64,000 bases of DNA from Raillietiella orientalis (taxonomy: Eukaryota). Below are positions 40,590 through 53,000 of this stretch, one piece after another (position 1 is the first letter of the stretch; each line of letters begins with the position of its first letter). The notes beneath the pieces are model-generated. The model saw only the letters and a program-made list of their open reading frames with translations. It was not told the origin of the DNA and made no database searches. The stretch spans positions 3,534,001 to 3,598,000 of the forward strand of contig JAYWIR010000017.1 of the NCBI GenBank assembly GCA_036172245.1, read 5' to 3'. A program made the position numbers and the translations under genes.

Positions 40590-41790
40590 TCCTCCTGCGA
40601 AGTCTTCCTATTGCTCCCCTCCCGAAGTACCTCCATCTTCAAGAGAACAAGATACCTGGTCAAGCGATCCACCGTCTACGCGGGACTGTTTTCATTCCTG
40701 GCACGGTGGCGCAGACGTGACGTGTCCTGCTGCGGACTGGAGTTAGAGAGTTCCGGAGAGTGGCCAAGTTAACCAGCACCAACAACTGGATCTCCTGCCC
40801 ACCCGCGAACGGTAGTGCCTGGTTACAGGAAACCGTCCGCACGTGTGCCATGAACAACGAAGCGAGTACGGAGATGCGGCAGCGACTGCTGCACTCCTTC
40901 TGCAGTAACTGCTTTCTGCATGACGCCATCGTGCAGTCCACCACGCGTGCGTGGGCGCAAAGAACCTCCCTAGCCGCTGCACTGCCCGCCCTCAGGGAGC
41001 ACCTGGGCAGTAACCAGTCTTCGAAATGGGAGGTCAGTTGCGAAATCAGTCAGAAGACGAAGAGCTTAGGTGCTTGGACCATGGACCAGCTCACGGACGC
41101 TGCGACTCCAGGTGCCCACCGAAGGAACTATTGCGCCAGGATGAGCTGCTGGAAATCCCACAGGAAGCTCTGAAGAACAACTGGATCCTCCCCCTGAAGT
41201 GGCAGGAGTTGACACTTTTGCTTTTGCACTAAGGTCTCCTGTACAAAGTCCGCCGCTCCCACTGTACCTGGGGGGCTCTAGACTCCAATTGTTGGAGGTA
41301 CGAGCAACGGAAACCCTTTCCGCACCTGCTCTTGACTGTGTTGCCCTCCGGCACCTGTGATTGCGTTACGCAACGGTCCTTGGTGCGCTGACGGACAATC
41401 CCAAGGACGTGACAAAGCGCCTCTTCGCGCGCGATCGCCTGCCGCATCCCCAGCAGCTCTCAGCTGACTACGTGGGATTGCAGCGGCCTGGAGCTACGCG
41501 AGAGGACGGCGCGATCGGGACACCATCTGCCCTTCGCCCTGCGCTTCTGCGGACAGGTGCAAGATGGCCCCACCTGGGACATACACAGATGGAACTTGCC
41601 GGCATCCTGGAAAGGATGCAGAGGACGCCCTCCAGAGGACAGGGATCCTTTCCCTAACCCTCCTAATTTTTTATATATACTTTTTTGTTTTATTTTTATT
41701 TTTGTTTGTCCCTCTGCCGCCTAGGCGAACCTCGCCGGCCTGCGTGCTGGCTACTCGGCAGGTTTCGAGCATTTTCGCACAATATAGGGT
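40590..41790 (+). mobile_element. 5'-truncated L1/Tx1-like LINE
   Basis: cgcgaacggtag…caggaaaccg shared with 31639; LPLKWQELTLLLLH, DSNCWRYEQRKPFPHLLL (decayed finger), RWPHLGHTQMELAGILERMQR, T-rich UTR. Confidence 0.82.
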
Positions 41791-41834
41791 CGATAGCCCC
41801 ACAGCCCCCATTGGAGTGACCATGATCGTCTGGT

Positions 41835-41927
41835 GCAACGTATAGCTATGATTTAAGAAAAAAAGCAATGGAAGCTTTGGATGAAGGAGAAATTGTAGCA
41901 GATGTTGCCAAGAGATTTAAAATTTCG
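41835..41927 (+). mobile_element. Fragment of an IS630-family transposase N-terminal HTH, endosymbiont (Wolbachia)-like
   Basis: Open frame ATYSYDLRKKAMEALDEGEIVADVAKRFKIS matches the IS630 YSxDLRxK…G…VAxRFxI pattern; AT-rich relative to its flanks. Confidence 0.7.
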
Positions 41928-42663
41928 AACCCTCGATCTTTCGTCAGCTCTAGGGGTCCTCTCCATCTTGCAAGGCCTACCTGTTTGAGTCATGGTGCTA
42001 GCACGGTTCTAAAGGCTGACCTTGGTCTCTTTCCGATGACTCGATCTCGGTGGTTCAGAGGTCATCCTGGCCGGCGCTCGCAGTGTTAGGTGTCTCCTGT
42101 TAGATATTGGACCACACCATCCGATTTCTGAGTCAGTCCGCGTTCTCTTCTCCAGCTCCTGCATAGCATGGTCTTTTTGTGACCTCCCAACGACCTGGCG
42201 CATATCTCTCGAACTGACGCACGGACACTTCCTGAGAGTGAAGGATAAAGAGCTTGCGTCCCGCACCTTGTCCCGTATCCATCAGATTCCCGCGCACTTT
42301 CGAATGGGCAGCACGCATCGAGTGCGATGACGTGAAGGTCAGACGAGGTCAGACAGCGATGGAGACTCCATGCCGAGTGTGTCCCTTGCTTTCCGTTCAG
42401 GATCGCCCATCGTCCGCCGCTCTGTCTTCCCGATGTAGTCGACTGTGGATCCTGGCACAAAGCTGAAGGTGCAGTTCTGCAATGATTTGAGACGTTTCAC
42501 TCCTTTCCGGAAGCCGAAGGATGGGATCGACTTCTACCTGTTTCCTAGCTGGGTTCCCGGATTCACACAGGGTTAAGGCTTGAGGCATGCGTGAAGCAAC
42601 GGAGTGATTTCCTTGACACGTCGTCAAGATCCGTGCGTACTGCATTGATCTTTACCCGGAACA

Positions 42664-42798
42664 GGGAGGGATGACAGGAAGGAACGGAATAAGGAACTTC
42701 TGAAACGAGCCCCGTCTGTTTCTATGAAAAACTCATCACACGTGAGGATTTCTCATCTCTTGCGTATCACCCTTTCGAGGCACCTCGTTTCCTATTCG
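42664..42798 (-). repeat. 135-bp inverted repeat, copy 2
   Basis: Reverse complement of 40060-40194. Confidence 0.92.
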
Positions 42799-43459
42799 TA
42801 AACCTCAGTCCACTGACCACCCCACCGTGACTCGAGCTCAGTTGTTTAGATGAGAGGTTCAGTTGAGCGGTGACATCTCCTGGTAGAGATTTTTTTTTTC
42901 TCGTCGGAGGAAAAAATCTGTCTGTTTTTTTTCTCCTGGCGGAGGAGCTGATTGTTGCCTTTCAGGGGTGGAAATGCCAGGATTTCCATGGAGCACTTGC
43001 GTGCCATTCATCTCCAGAAGAAGGATCGACACTCGAACAAAGCAAACTTTGAAATTCTACCGTGATCCTTTTTTCTAGTCATACCGGATCCCTAATTTTC
43101 GGACAGCACGGGTTGTGGGAGGAATGCAAATGGGAAGACGCTGCGTGAACCGAAATTTGCAGCTGCCCTACGGGAACGCACAAAGTGTGCAATGATGGAA
43201 ACGGTTTAGCCGTTGTAACGTCAGCAGGGTGTGTGCCCACGAATAGAAGCAAAAGAGGACGAAATCAACCTAGGGAGACTCTCCGGGAATTTCTCCTTCA
43301 TGTACTCGCAAGGGAAGTCCGTTGCAGCACACATTTTAAACCAACTGCAGCGAAATGTTTCAAGCGACCGAATCATTTCGGTCGCTTGAAACCGCTTCGA
43401 GAACGTTCCTCCTGAACTTTCACTGACTCTGGAAACATCAGCGGAACGAAACAAAGATC

Positions 43460-43680
43460 ACATGAGTGGACGAGGCAGACACATCGTGGAAGCAGCCCTG
43501 AAGAAGCAACCAAATTCAGGGACTTCGCAAGCGTTAGAACAATTCGTCATAATGCAACTAGAGGATTTTCCTAGAATGCCATGCCTTTCTATTACTACTG
43601 ATAATAATCGAATTGCGAAATTTCTCGAAGAAAGGTGTAGCCCAAAAGTTAAATGAAAAAATAGGGATTCCTAATACAGA
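43460..43680 (+). mobile_element. Possible Mutator-like transposase remnant
   Basis: IVEAA…NSGTSQALE…SITTDNNRIAKFLEE, then KGVAQKL in a shifted frame, resembles the SSxxME…TTDRHxxIAKY…KxVxKKL series of animal Mutator-like transposases. Confidence 0.35.
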
Positions 43681-46600
43681 GTAGTTTGCATGGTAGAACA
43701 AGTTTCTACATTAGATGTTAAGGATAAGTTATATTTACGTGGAGCTCTTTTCCAGAGTTGGCTGTTGGGCAGAGTTGGCTTTGCATGCGAAACCTGTGCA
43801 AAAACAGTCTCTGTGTGTAAAAAGACGCTATTAGTAGGTCGAATGAATTGGTGTGCATGCTGTAGTTGCTATCTGATTCCATACCTACTAAAGATCTAAG
43901 AAAAGTGACAGTACGGCGGAAAATAAGTCGCCACCCAAACGCGAAAGACACATCTTTGAGGAGCTTCTCCGCAAATTTGAATTATTTTGTCGTTAATTTA
44001 AGTTTAGTCCGATTTGGGAGAGGTATTTAACGAAATGCAACTGTGTTAATGAATTATAGATCTTCAAGTGTGAAGCAAATGACCATTACCTCAAGTCCTC
44101 TTTAAACGCCTTGGAGAGGGTCAATAATTCCCCTAAACCCATAGATGGAGCAGGCGAGTTGCACAGTGAAGTTGCCGCTTTTGATTCCAGAGGGTTTCCT
44201 TAAAATGTAATGGCGAAGTGGCATCCCTGTGATGTGGGTATCGTAGAATGATGGCAGCCAAGATGACCCCCCGTTTACAATAGCACATAAGAAAATGATA
44301 GAATACCCACGGTTTGTGCTTCAGAAGAAATGCGCTCACGCGATGCGCCAGCGAGCGTCATTGTCTTCCGGAGAGTCGCCAAGGGTTCGCAGATTCTCCA
44401 GTAACTTTTGAGTGCACTCCGATGGTATCTCCAGGAAGGGCGGTGACTCCTGACAGATGGACTCGGGTTCAACGATACGTGGTGGATTGGAGAATCTCCC
44501 TTTTCTTTCTTCCCTTTTCAGCTCTACATCTCGTTTGATGAGAAACCATCAAACGAGATGTGGAGTCGGTTTGAATGATGGCAGTTCGTTTCCTGAAGCC
44601 TTCCTTTCCTTTGGGTTCCCACCTATGCGGTTTGGAGGATCTGTATTCTAATTGTGATCTTTTAGAATGCTTCCGACCCAAGCAGATCTCTCAATGATCG
44701 GCTGCAGGAGGAACTTTTCAAGAGAACTACGTGGTGTAACCACGCATGTATATGCATAGTAAGCGCATGATTGCACCACGTGACCATTAATTGCTTCGTA
44801 AATTCTTAAATATTTGCATATCGATTCATGTGCTTCGTGGCTCGTAAATCGAAGGTCGTAATAAGATGATGTGGCCGCGTCGTTTCCTTGCTCCGTGCGC
44901 AAAAAAAAAAATGCTGCCAAGTGAGCCGAAAACTGTTGGAAAGACATCCGATCGAGCGAGCATGGAGATTTTTGCACCTCATCCATCCAGCTACAACCTT
45001 TTGCAGGGCTCCCAAAAGAGGGGACGAGGTTCCTCCAGCAGCACGTATTCGATGCGTCAAAACCGTTAGTTTACCACGTTTGCCGGGATCCAAGGAGGCG
45101 GATCAGGTGCGACGCACTGCTGGCATTGAGGGACCGAGTTCTCCATCTTCCAAGCGGAAAGGAAAAGGGGAAAAAAGTGCAGAATCGATAACCAACGTCG
45201 AAGATCACGCTTTCCTTCACCGATATTGATACTGGCTCGTCCTTAGCGAACTCTGCATCAATGAGGAGAAAGTTTACGGAAGGGGTCTGCCGGTCTCGAA
45301 ATCCAGCTCCAGCAATCTCTTATATCAGATATACAAGCAAGCATCTTAGAATCCGGTGCCACTGGAAGTCAAAAAAGGAAATAAGTGCCATCGCGCTCAA
45401 GATTCTCATCATAACACGGAATTATTACAGTGAACACCAATCCCTTCCGATGATGACATCAAAAGAGCGTAACTCTCCATCGGTGCTCCTTATGAGATGG
45501 AATTTTCTGAAAATTTTGTTACTGCACAGGTGGCACACAGCGGCATTTCCCCGCTGGAGCCACAGCGGCCATGTTGAAACGAACTGCGAACCCGTAGAGG
45601 AAAAGGAAGACCACGGAAACGCCTGAACGCTTTCGCCTCGCGACCCCCCCAGAGACCAGACATGGAGTCAGTCTGGTTCCCGGGCAAGCACACCCAGAGC
45701 TCCCGCCGAGGCCATCATCTGAGCGTCACGACAAAACCACCACGGAACAGTTAGTCAAGCTGTGGAAACCGCGGGAAATAGTCGACAACCCCTTTCTTGA
45801 CTTCCTCACTGTAACCTTGAACTTTTACATACAAGGAATAAGTGCTTTGGGAATGTTCTCGATCGGCGTCTCTTTTAAAAATCTGCTCTAACTTTTTACT
45901 GCTGCTCCAACTGACTGTTAGCACTTTCAATCTGTTGACCGCCGAAGACATTAGCCCGAAATGAATGCCTTCTATGTCCTCTAAGCAACATGTGAAATTC
46001 CTTACGTCACGTTCCGCTTAGAACTGAAAGCGGGCTTCCCTGTTTTTGTGGAAAAGCAGAAAATGCATCTCTTCAGACCCGCAGCCTGACACTTAGACAA
46101 CAGCAACCAAAGGTAGTAATAATAATAAAACCTAAGACGAAACTAAGATGCCAAAAAAACCTCAAAATTCAGTTACAAGAAACCACGAAACTTAGGTGCT
46201 GGACACAATGTCAACCCAGTTCCGATCTTTGCCCACGCATGGAGCGGATGCTCAGACAATGCCGTGCAATGATTGCCGTCGGGCTACCGAAGCGCAGATC
46301 CTGATGGACGTTCGGGAACTCGAACCGAGTAAAAGTGCCCGAGCAAAGGGTGCTCAAAATGTGCTCGAAATTCGCCGCTGGAAAAAAGCATCCTTACTTT
46401 GAAGATCGTTCTAGCGTCCACGGTTCCATTCCTCCTGCATTGCTGAAGTTGAGTCTCCTTAGAATATTTCATAAGTACGAAATTTATCCCATTAAAAACG
46501 AGCTTTCCCTTACCCAAATTATCCGATCAAATTAGATTTTCAGCCCAGCAATGAGTTTCCAAATGAATTTCATTTTGGCGAGACCAGCTGGAGCCAGCTG

Positions 46601-48890
46601 TTGCACTTGCCATTTGATGCTTCTTGTTATACATGAGGAGCTGGGATAGCGAAAGGCAATCTCGAGCGGCTCCTGCCACGACGCAACGCTACGTTTTAAT
46701 TTTCTTGCTCCAAACGCCTAATTCTGCAAGGATTTTACTGTACGATCCCGTCCCCCTCCGCTACCTTACCTCTCCTCTATGTACTTAATTTATCCGCTCC
46801 AAACTTGCTAAGAACTTCCAAGACAGACACGTCCTCGCCATGGGCCACACAGAGGAAGCAGCTGACATAGTAGAACGAAAGAATACGAATGGTTTCCGGA
46901 ACCCGACCTACAGATAGAAAGACTTCTTGTTTCCATAATAGCAGAACACATTCCCTCAAAGAGATTTTGAGATTCCAGTAGATGCCTTCTGTTCCTGACT
47001 GAGCAACAGACAAGTCCACGCACCTAAAGGACTGCAATTCTCTTCTCACAGTTCCAGCAAATTATCTTCCGGATTGGGGTGCCACTCCGACCTTTAAACT
47101 CACCTGAAGTTGGTCTTGTGGAAATAGCTGTGCTGTTCCATAGCTATCTGTCAAGATAGGAAGCAATTTCTTGTTTACCCCGAAACGTTCCGTTTCTGCC
47201 ACGCTTTTGAAAGCACGTTTGAGATTAAACCAAGAATAGACAGAATAGTATTTTTTCTCCTATAACATAATGTTTGAGCCAGCCATGTGGACGATGTAAA
47301 CTGAAAATGGAAAAGTTTGCGCGGTTTTTCATTCATCCATATTTTTTTTAAGGGCATTCTAACCGCGAAGAAAGAGTTTTTCTTCCTATGCAGACAACGT
47401 GAAATCCATGCGTGCTCTATGAGTTATCTCACAAAGAAAAGTTTCGCAAAAAATTCCAAGCCCTATCGATTCGGCTACCTGAAGACATTGGACGCAGCGT
47501 ATGGGAAAAAAAGTCGTCAGCAAATTTTACTCCAGCACCAAGCAGCGATCCTGGACTCTTGATTCTGCAAGAAGATTCTACAAATCTAAAACTGCAAACC
47601 AGTGATAAGCGACTGGCATGCACTCCCTGGTACTGAGAGCAAAACGTTTTGAAGAGACAAGTGATGAGTTTTTCACAAATCAAGTAATAGTGCGTGAAAT
47701 GTGGCATTCGCATCACACTTGGCCGGATTCTGTATGGTTTCCCTGTTTCTTCAGCATTCTGCCATGCAGCCAAAGACTGCGGATCTGACCGATTATTATT
47801 CAATTTAGGAAACCCTTGAAGTTCTGGTCGATAACATTCATAATCCCGGCAACCGATTATGGGCACGCAAATCAGCCTTCAAACAAGCATCATCTTAACA
47901 CTTTTCTTGTTTAATGTTTAGGAAGCAGGAAAGATGATGGGCAAGAATAATGCAGCGTTCCCAAAGAGCCCTGCAAACAGAGAGAATAGGATGAAGTGGT
48001 AATGACGTAGCTTCAACCAAGTCGTGGACGTCTCGGCAGTAATTCAAAAGATTCAGTGGTAATGGCAAGTTGTTGACACTTTTTCACCACATCCTTCTGT
48101 CACATTTCCATCCGTGAACGCTTTCATAGGAACTCTTATTAATTCATAGGTACAGACCAATGAAGCGACTAACCGTTCAATTAGCCTATTTATTGATACG
48201 TGAAATATTTTTTTCACAACATATCTGAAAGTGATCTCCTAGGCAAGAACTCTAAAGGAAGCATTCTGTAATCCCCCATCAGAAAAGGGCAACGTTATTG
48301 GTCTCTGACTCTTAGCCCTTCATAGCCCGGTGTGACTTTGAAGCCACATACTAATATATCGATATCTTATTGATGTGTTTGATTTTTCACCTCAAGGTGG
48401 CATGTACATCTTGTTGTATAGCGTCTCCTTGGTAACAGTTCTTGTTAAGGGATATCAACTCGAACCCGAGATACCGTGGTGAATGCTTTTGCGAGTTGTC
48501 TATAGATAAAAGTTGTATGAACCATCCTACGTAGTTGTTATTATTTTTTGTTCTATCGGTGTTTTGATAAACAAGAAAAAGCCTACGTAATAGCTCTTGG
48601 TTTGTACATCAATAATCTATTAGTTTTTTGCATTTAAACAATCATTTTGATATTATTTTCACATGATATAGCTTGTGAGTTTCAAGTCACAATGAGCTAT
48701 AATGTATTTGTGATTCTGTGTATTTGCGATAACGCTTGCGTTTTCTTTTTTTTTTTAATTTTATATACTAGAGGTCTAAAATGTGAATACCAAAGCATAT
48801 AAAGATAAAAGAGTAGTAAGAATAAGAAGCCTCAGCGGTAACAGATACGTGGATTCTTTATGAGAATCTGACTCGGACGAAGATAAGCCA

Positions 48891-49340
48891 ATGGTATTTA
48901 TCCGACGGCGTATAAATATTATTGATAGGGACGATGGATGTAGTGATGAATCATCAGAGGATGATGAACATTTAAAATCACAAAAAATTTCTGGGCAATC
49001 AGTATCCTATTCGAAAAACAATCCTCCTCTTCCTCGGAAAGAAAATTGTCCTGAAAATCCTGAAGCACCCTACTCTCCTATGACCTATTTCCGAAAATTA
49101 TTTGATGGCGAAATTATAAGTAATATAGTTATAGACTATACCGATACCTATACACTGCAACGTGATCCAGAAAAACCCATAGGTGTTTCGTCGAATGAAA
49201 TAGAACAATGCTTTGGTTGTTTTTTTAATGTCAATTTACGGGTTGTTTTATGGAATTCCATGCTTCAGTTTTTGTACGCACAAGTGCAAACGTCGTACGC
49301 CGTTGGAACCCCAAAGTTACAAAACATATCGTTAGAATAA
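48891..49340 (+). pseudogene. piggyBac (PGBD-like) transposase N-terminal remnant
   Basis: Acidic stretch then SPMTYFRKLFDGEIISNIVIDYTDTYTLQ…VSSNEIEQCFG, the typical start of the piggyBac DDD domain; the catalytic core is missing. Confidence 0.85.
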
Positions 49341-49397
49341 AATCATTGAAACTACCGAATCATTATTAATTTGTATTTAGAGGTTGATGCTGTTGTT

Positions 49398-50073
49398 GCC
49401 TGCGTCGGAGGCCGTGTGGTTACGGTGGTCTCCGCGCGTGGCACCATCATGCGTCGTGGAGTTCGAATACTCTGAAGGAATCGACGGGGCGGTGCGTCGT
49501 GGGTTCCGAGTTCACCCCACAAGATGACGCTAGTTGGCCTACATTCATCCGGGTGGCGGCACTGGTAGCGGTTCCAACCGGATGCCCCCGATGAGGGCCG
49601 GGACAAATAAGAGTCGACCAACGGGTCCTTCCAGGATTCACGGAGTGGGAGTTCCCCTCCGGCTGTGAAGGTGCGGACCTCCCACTTTGGGGGGAACCCC
49701 TCCGCGTCGGACCGATGGAGTAGGTGTGTCACCACCACCTCTCCAGGGAGTGCAGTGACGCGAGCCGATCCCTTCGGGGAAGCTGCTTCCTTCTGAATTC
49801 CGGGAGCATCACCTTCTGGGTTCCCTTCAGAGAAGGAAAACCGGAGCGGACCCCTCCAAGGGTCTCTTCGGACAGAATAAGGAAGATTTCCCTTCGGGAT
49901 TCCCCTTCGGAGACAACCAGGGTGGTGGTGATCCCCATTTCCGGGGATCCCTCCCCAAGCGTGAGAGGAACGGACTCCGAGTCCTTCCTGGATTCATGGG
50001 GCGGACCCCTCCCGGGGTACCCCCTATCTTGAAGACTACCCACCCTCGGGTGGCGTGGAACAGTGCCGAAGAA
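49398..50073 (+). mobile_element. tRNA-like SINE, complete uninterrupted copy, nested in piggyBac
   Basis: Two tgcgtcgtg(ga/gg)gttc modules, central ccacaagatgac domain, TTCG hairpin array, tail caccctcgggtggcgtggaacagtgccgaagaa; no TTTT run on the + strand. Confidence 0.85.
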
Positions 50074-53000
50074 CTGAGAAGACAGAAAAGGATTTCCATC
50101 ATCCAATTAGTTAATTTCCCGTTACATAGATTCTTTTATAGCCCAAAAAAATTCGGACTATAGAGGGTTAAAATGGAGCAATTCGAATAAAATGATCTCA
50201 TTTAGACTTGAGAAAAAGTCCGCAGTTGCGAGAATGACTCCATACAAACTGGTACCTTTAATGAGGATTTTTGGAAAAATCTCCATACCCAGTTTGTGTC
50301 GTCAACAGTAGATCCCACGATCCTCAAGTCTCGATTCCATTTCAGTAAGTTTTCTTTCTTAAATATGCCTAGAAAGTGAAACTCGGGATAGCAATTGGTT
50401 GATGGAATAGAGTAGATTAATTTTCTCTGAGAACGTAGTTTTAGGATTTTCATCGAAAACTACTATCAATAAATTATGATTTTCATTTTATCTAGAATCG
50501 ATTTTTGCGAATTGAATTTCGCAGATGGCACAAAATTATCCATTGTAGAAAAATTTTATTCTTGTATTCTGAAAAGAGGCGAATTGAAATATTATGTACC
50601 GAAATCACTGAACGTGCTCAAAAATGAATTTCCTGAGAGAACTCCGTAATCGAAGACCTTCCGACACAATCCCAACACATAGAAGACTATTCGCATGGGA
50701 GACCTTTGAGGAATCATATAGGAAACTTTTCATGTGAAATCTCACGCTCCCGGCCCTGTGATTTTTTGCACGCTACACTCAAACACTCAGTTTTTTGCTC
50801 ACGCAGCCACTATCTACTCTTTCGAGGCTTCAATCTAAAGAGAGGAATACAAATTTCGAAATGCCTCTGGCGAACGTACCTTATCTGTTTTATTGGCAGA
50901 TAATCACCTCATATCCATCATGCATTTCTTGTTTCTGAATCCAGTCACGTTGGTTCACTTCACATGCGCTCACTGCATCTTCTTTGTTGTTGGAACCCTC
51001 ATTTTCAGAATCGTGGAGAAATGAAATCTCCTGAATCGTCTCCATTCCTGAATTTCATTTTCATTTCCTTTTTTGAATCGTTTCATTGCACTTTCCTGTT
51101 CTTTCTCACGAGCTCCTGCAAAATTTGCTAGATATGTGAGAACAACAATTTTAGAAAGGGAAGCTCCATGCTTTTTAGTGGTTTTGAAGTCTTGGATAAC
51201 ATTCACCGGTTTCCTCCATACACAAGATATTTAATCGTTCCTTAGCAATTGTTTTATTTCTGTAAAAATGTTCATTGTGAGATAAATGTTATAGACTCTT
51301 CCAGTCACCTGGATTATTTCTAACAGTTCCAGAGTTTCTTTTACTTCGATGAAATAAAAATACGTTGTGTTCTCTCCCTTCTTCGTTCCATCGTTTCACT
51401 ATAATTCTCAAGCTTATTTGTTTCTCTTTGTACAAAATCCTTAGTTTGCTTATTCTGCTTCTTAGTTATTTTCCTTATTGCTTCGCTACTAATGCCTAAG
51501 AGAGTTCAAGGCCAAAGAAACACTCACGGAGAGCACAAGCCTTCTGGAAACAAGGAAAACACACTTTTAAACATTTTTTCCATCCCTGGTAAGCATTTGA
51601 AAATACTTGAAATGTGCCTGTAATGAATTTGTAGCCATTCCACTTAGTCAGAGAGTATCGATGAAGCTTCAGCTTTAAATAGGCATACAAAAGCATGAAT
51701 AGGTATTTTATTCATAGAGCCGAATGTCATGGAAAACCTCGTATTTTATTCAAGGTAATGTAACTAGTGAGTTCCCAAAAGACCAGTAAAATTATGACTT
51801 CTAAACATATGAACTGAGAAAAATAAACCTCTCTGCATTGGATAGATGGAACTCTGGTTAATAAGGAACCCTTCTGATCGTATTTAAAAAAGACCTGCAT
51901 CCTGTAGGCAGATGTTCAAGCTTCATTTTTTCTTTTGAGAACACACTGATTACTTTTAGTTATGCAGGCAGCCATGAAACTTTACAAGCATTTATTCAGT
52001 GTCGTTGATTTTGTGCCTGTATGTCAGAAAAAAATCATCGAGTAGTAATACGATCGGGAAGTGATACGATCAGTGGTAATATTCGGGGATTATCTTCGTA
52101 TTACTACCATTGATCTTGTCTTCCATATGTGGTAAAGCAAGCAAACAAGCAAAAGCGCAAAGGAATGCAAATTCTATACCCTAAAAAGACTCAGTAAGAT
52201 TCTAAAATTTATGTATTCATGTTAAAAGGCTTTCATGGCTAATGTAAGACTTTCATAAAAATGGGTCTTGGAGTAAGAATAAGTCTACAATATCATGGAA
52301 CCAGCTGAACCAACAAACAATAACCAATTTCTCTATAAAAAAAACTTCTAAATAGAAAGGAAGCATTGTCTTTAGAGGAAGGATCCTCGATTGCTGCAAT
52401 CATGAAGAGCATTTCGCCACCTTGTGGTCATGAAGTTTTCTAATTGATTTTCCATTTAAATTATTGTTTTCATGCTGGCAACGATGAGCACTCGCCCTTT
52501 GCCAGCTAAGACCAACTTACACGTGAGTTCTCGTTTTTCTATTTTGTTTGACATTCAAAAACGAAATAGAAAATAAATAACTTGAGTAAGTAATGATATA
52601 CTTTCATATAATTACTGTGATTATTCTGAGGATTTTGAGATTTTTGTACTCACTTTATGGTCAACTTTATCGAGTTACCTCTCGGTTGCGCGTAGGCAAC
52701 CAAAAGCACATGAAAACTTCTAAGAATTGTTTCCGTTCCCAAATATTCCTGTTAAAAAGTGAACTTTCACCAATGTCCGAAATAATTTCTAGCATTGGTG
52801 TGATATATTGGTGTATGTGATACAAAAATATTTGCTTCCTTTGACATGAATATTTTCTTCATTCCTTGTCTTCATTAAAGCGAGCAACTGTATTTGGAAA
52901 TGATACATCCCAAAGCCCGATTTTTGAAAACTTTTCCTCCTATCTTTAGTTTTGATGACAGGCTTTTAGGGAGAATGGCTGTCATTCGTTAACTTGGATA

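Larger units (their letters stand above)
48316..50167 (+). mobile_element. Internally deleted piggyBac DNA transposon
   Basis: Left end TTAG|CCCTTCATAGCCCG; right end CGGACTATAGAGGG|TTAA (11/14 inverted match); internal repeats tgtgactttgaagccaca and tgtgagtttcaagtcaca; transposase N-terminal remnant inside. Confidence 0.8.

Noticed and set aside
49760..49950. CRISPR-like array in the SINE body
   Set aside because: Repeats are imperfect and contiguous without unique spacers, the context is eukaryotic, and there are no cas genes.
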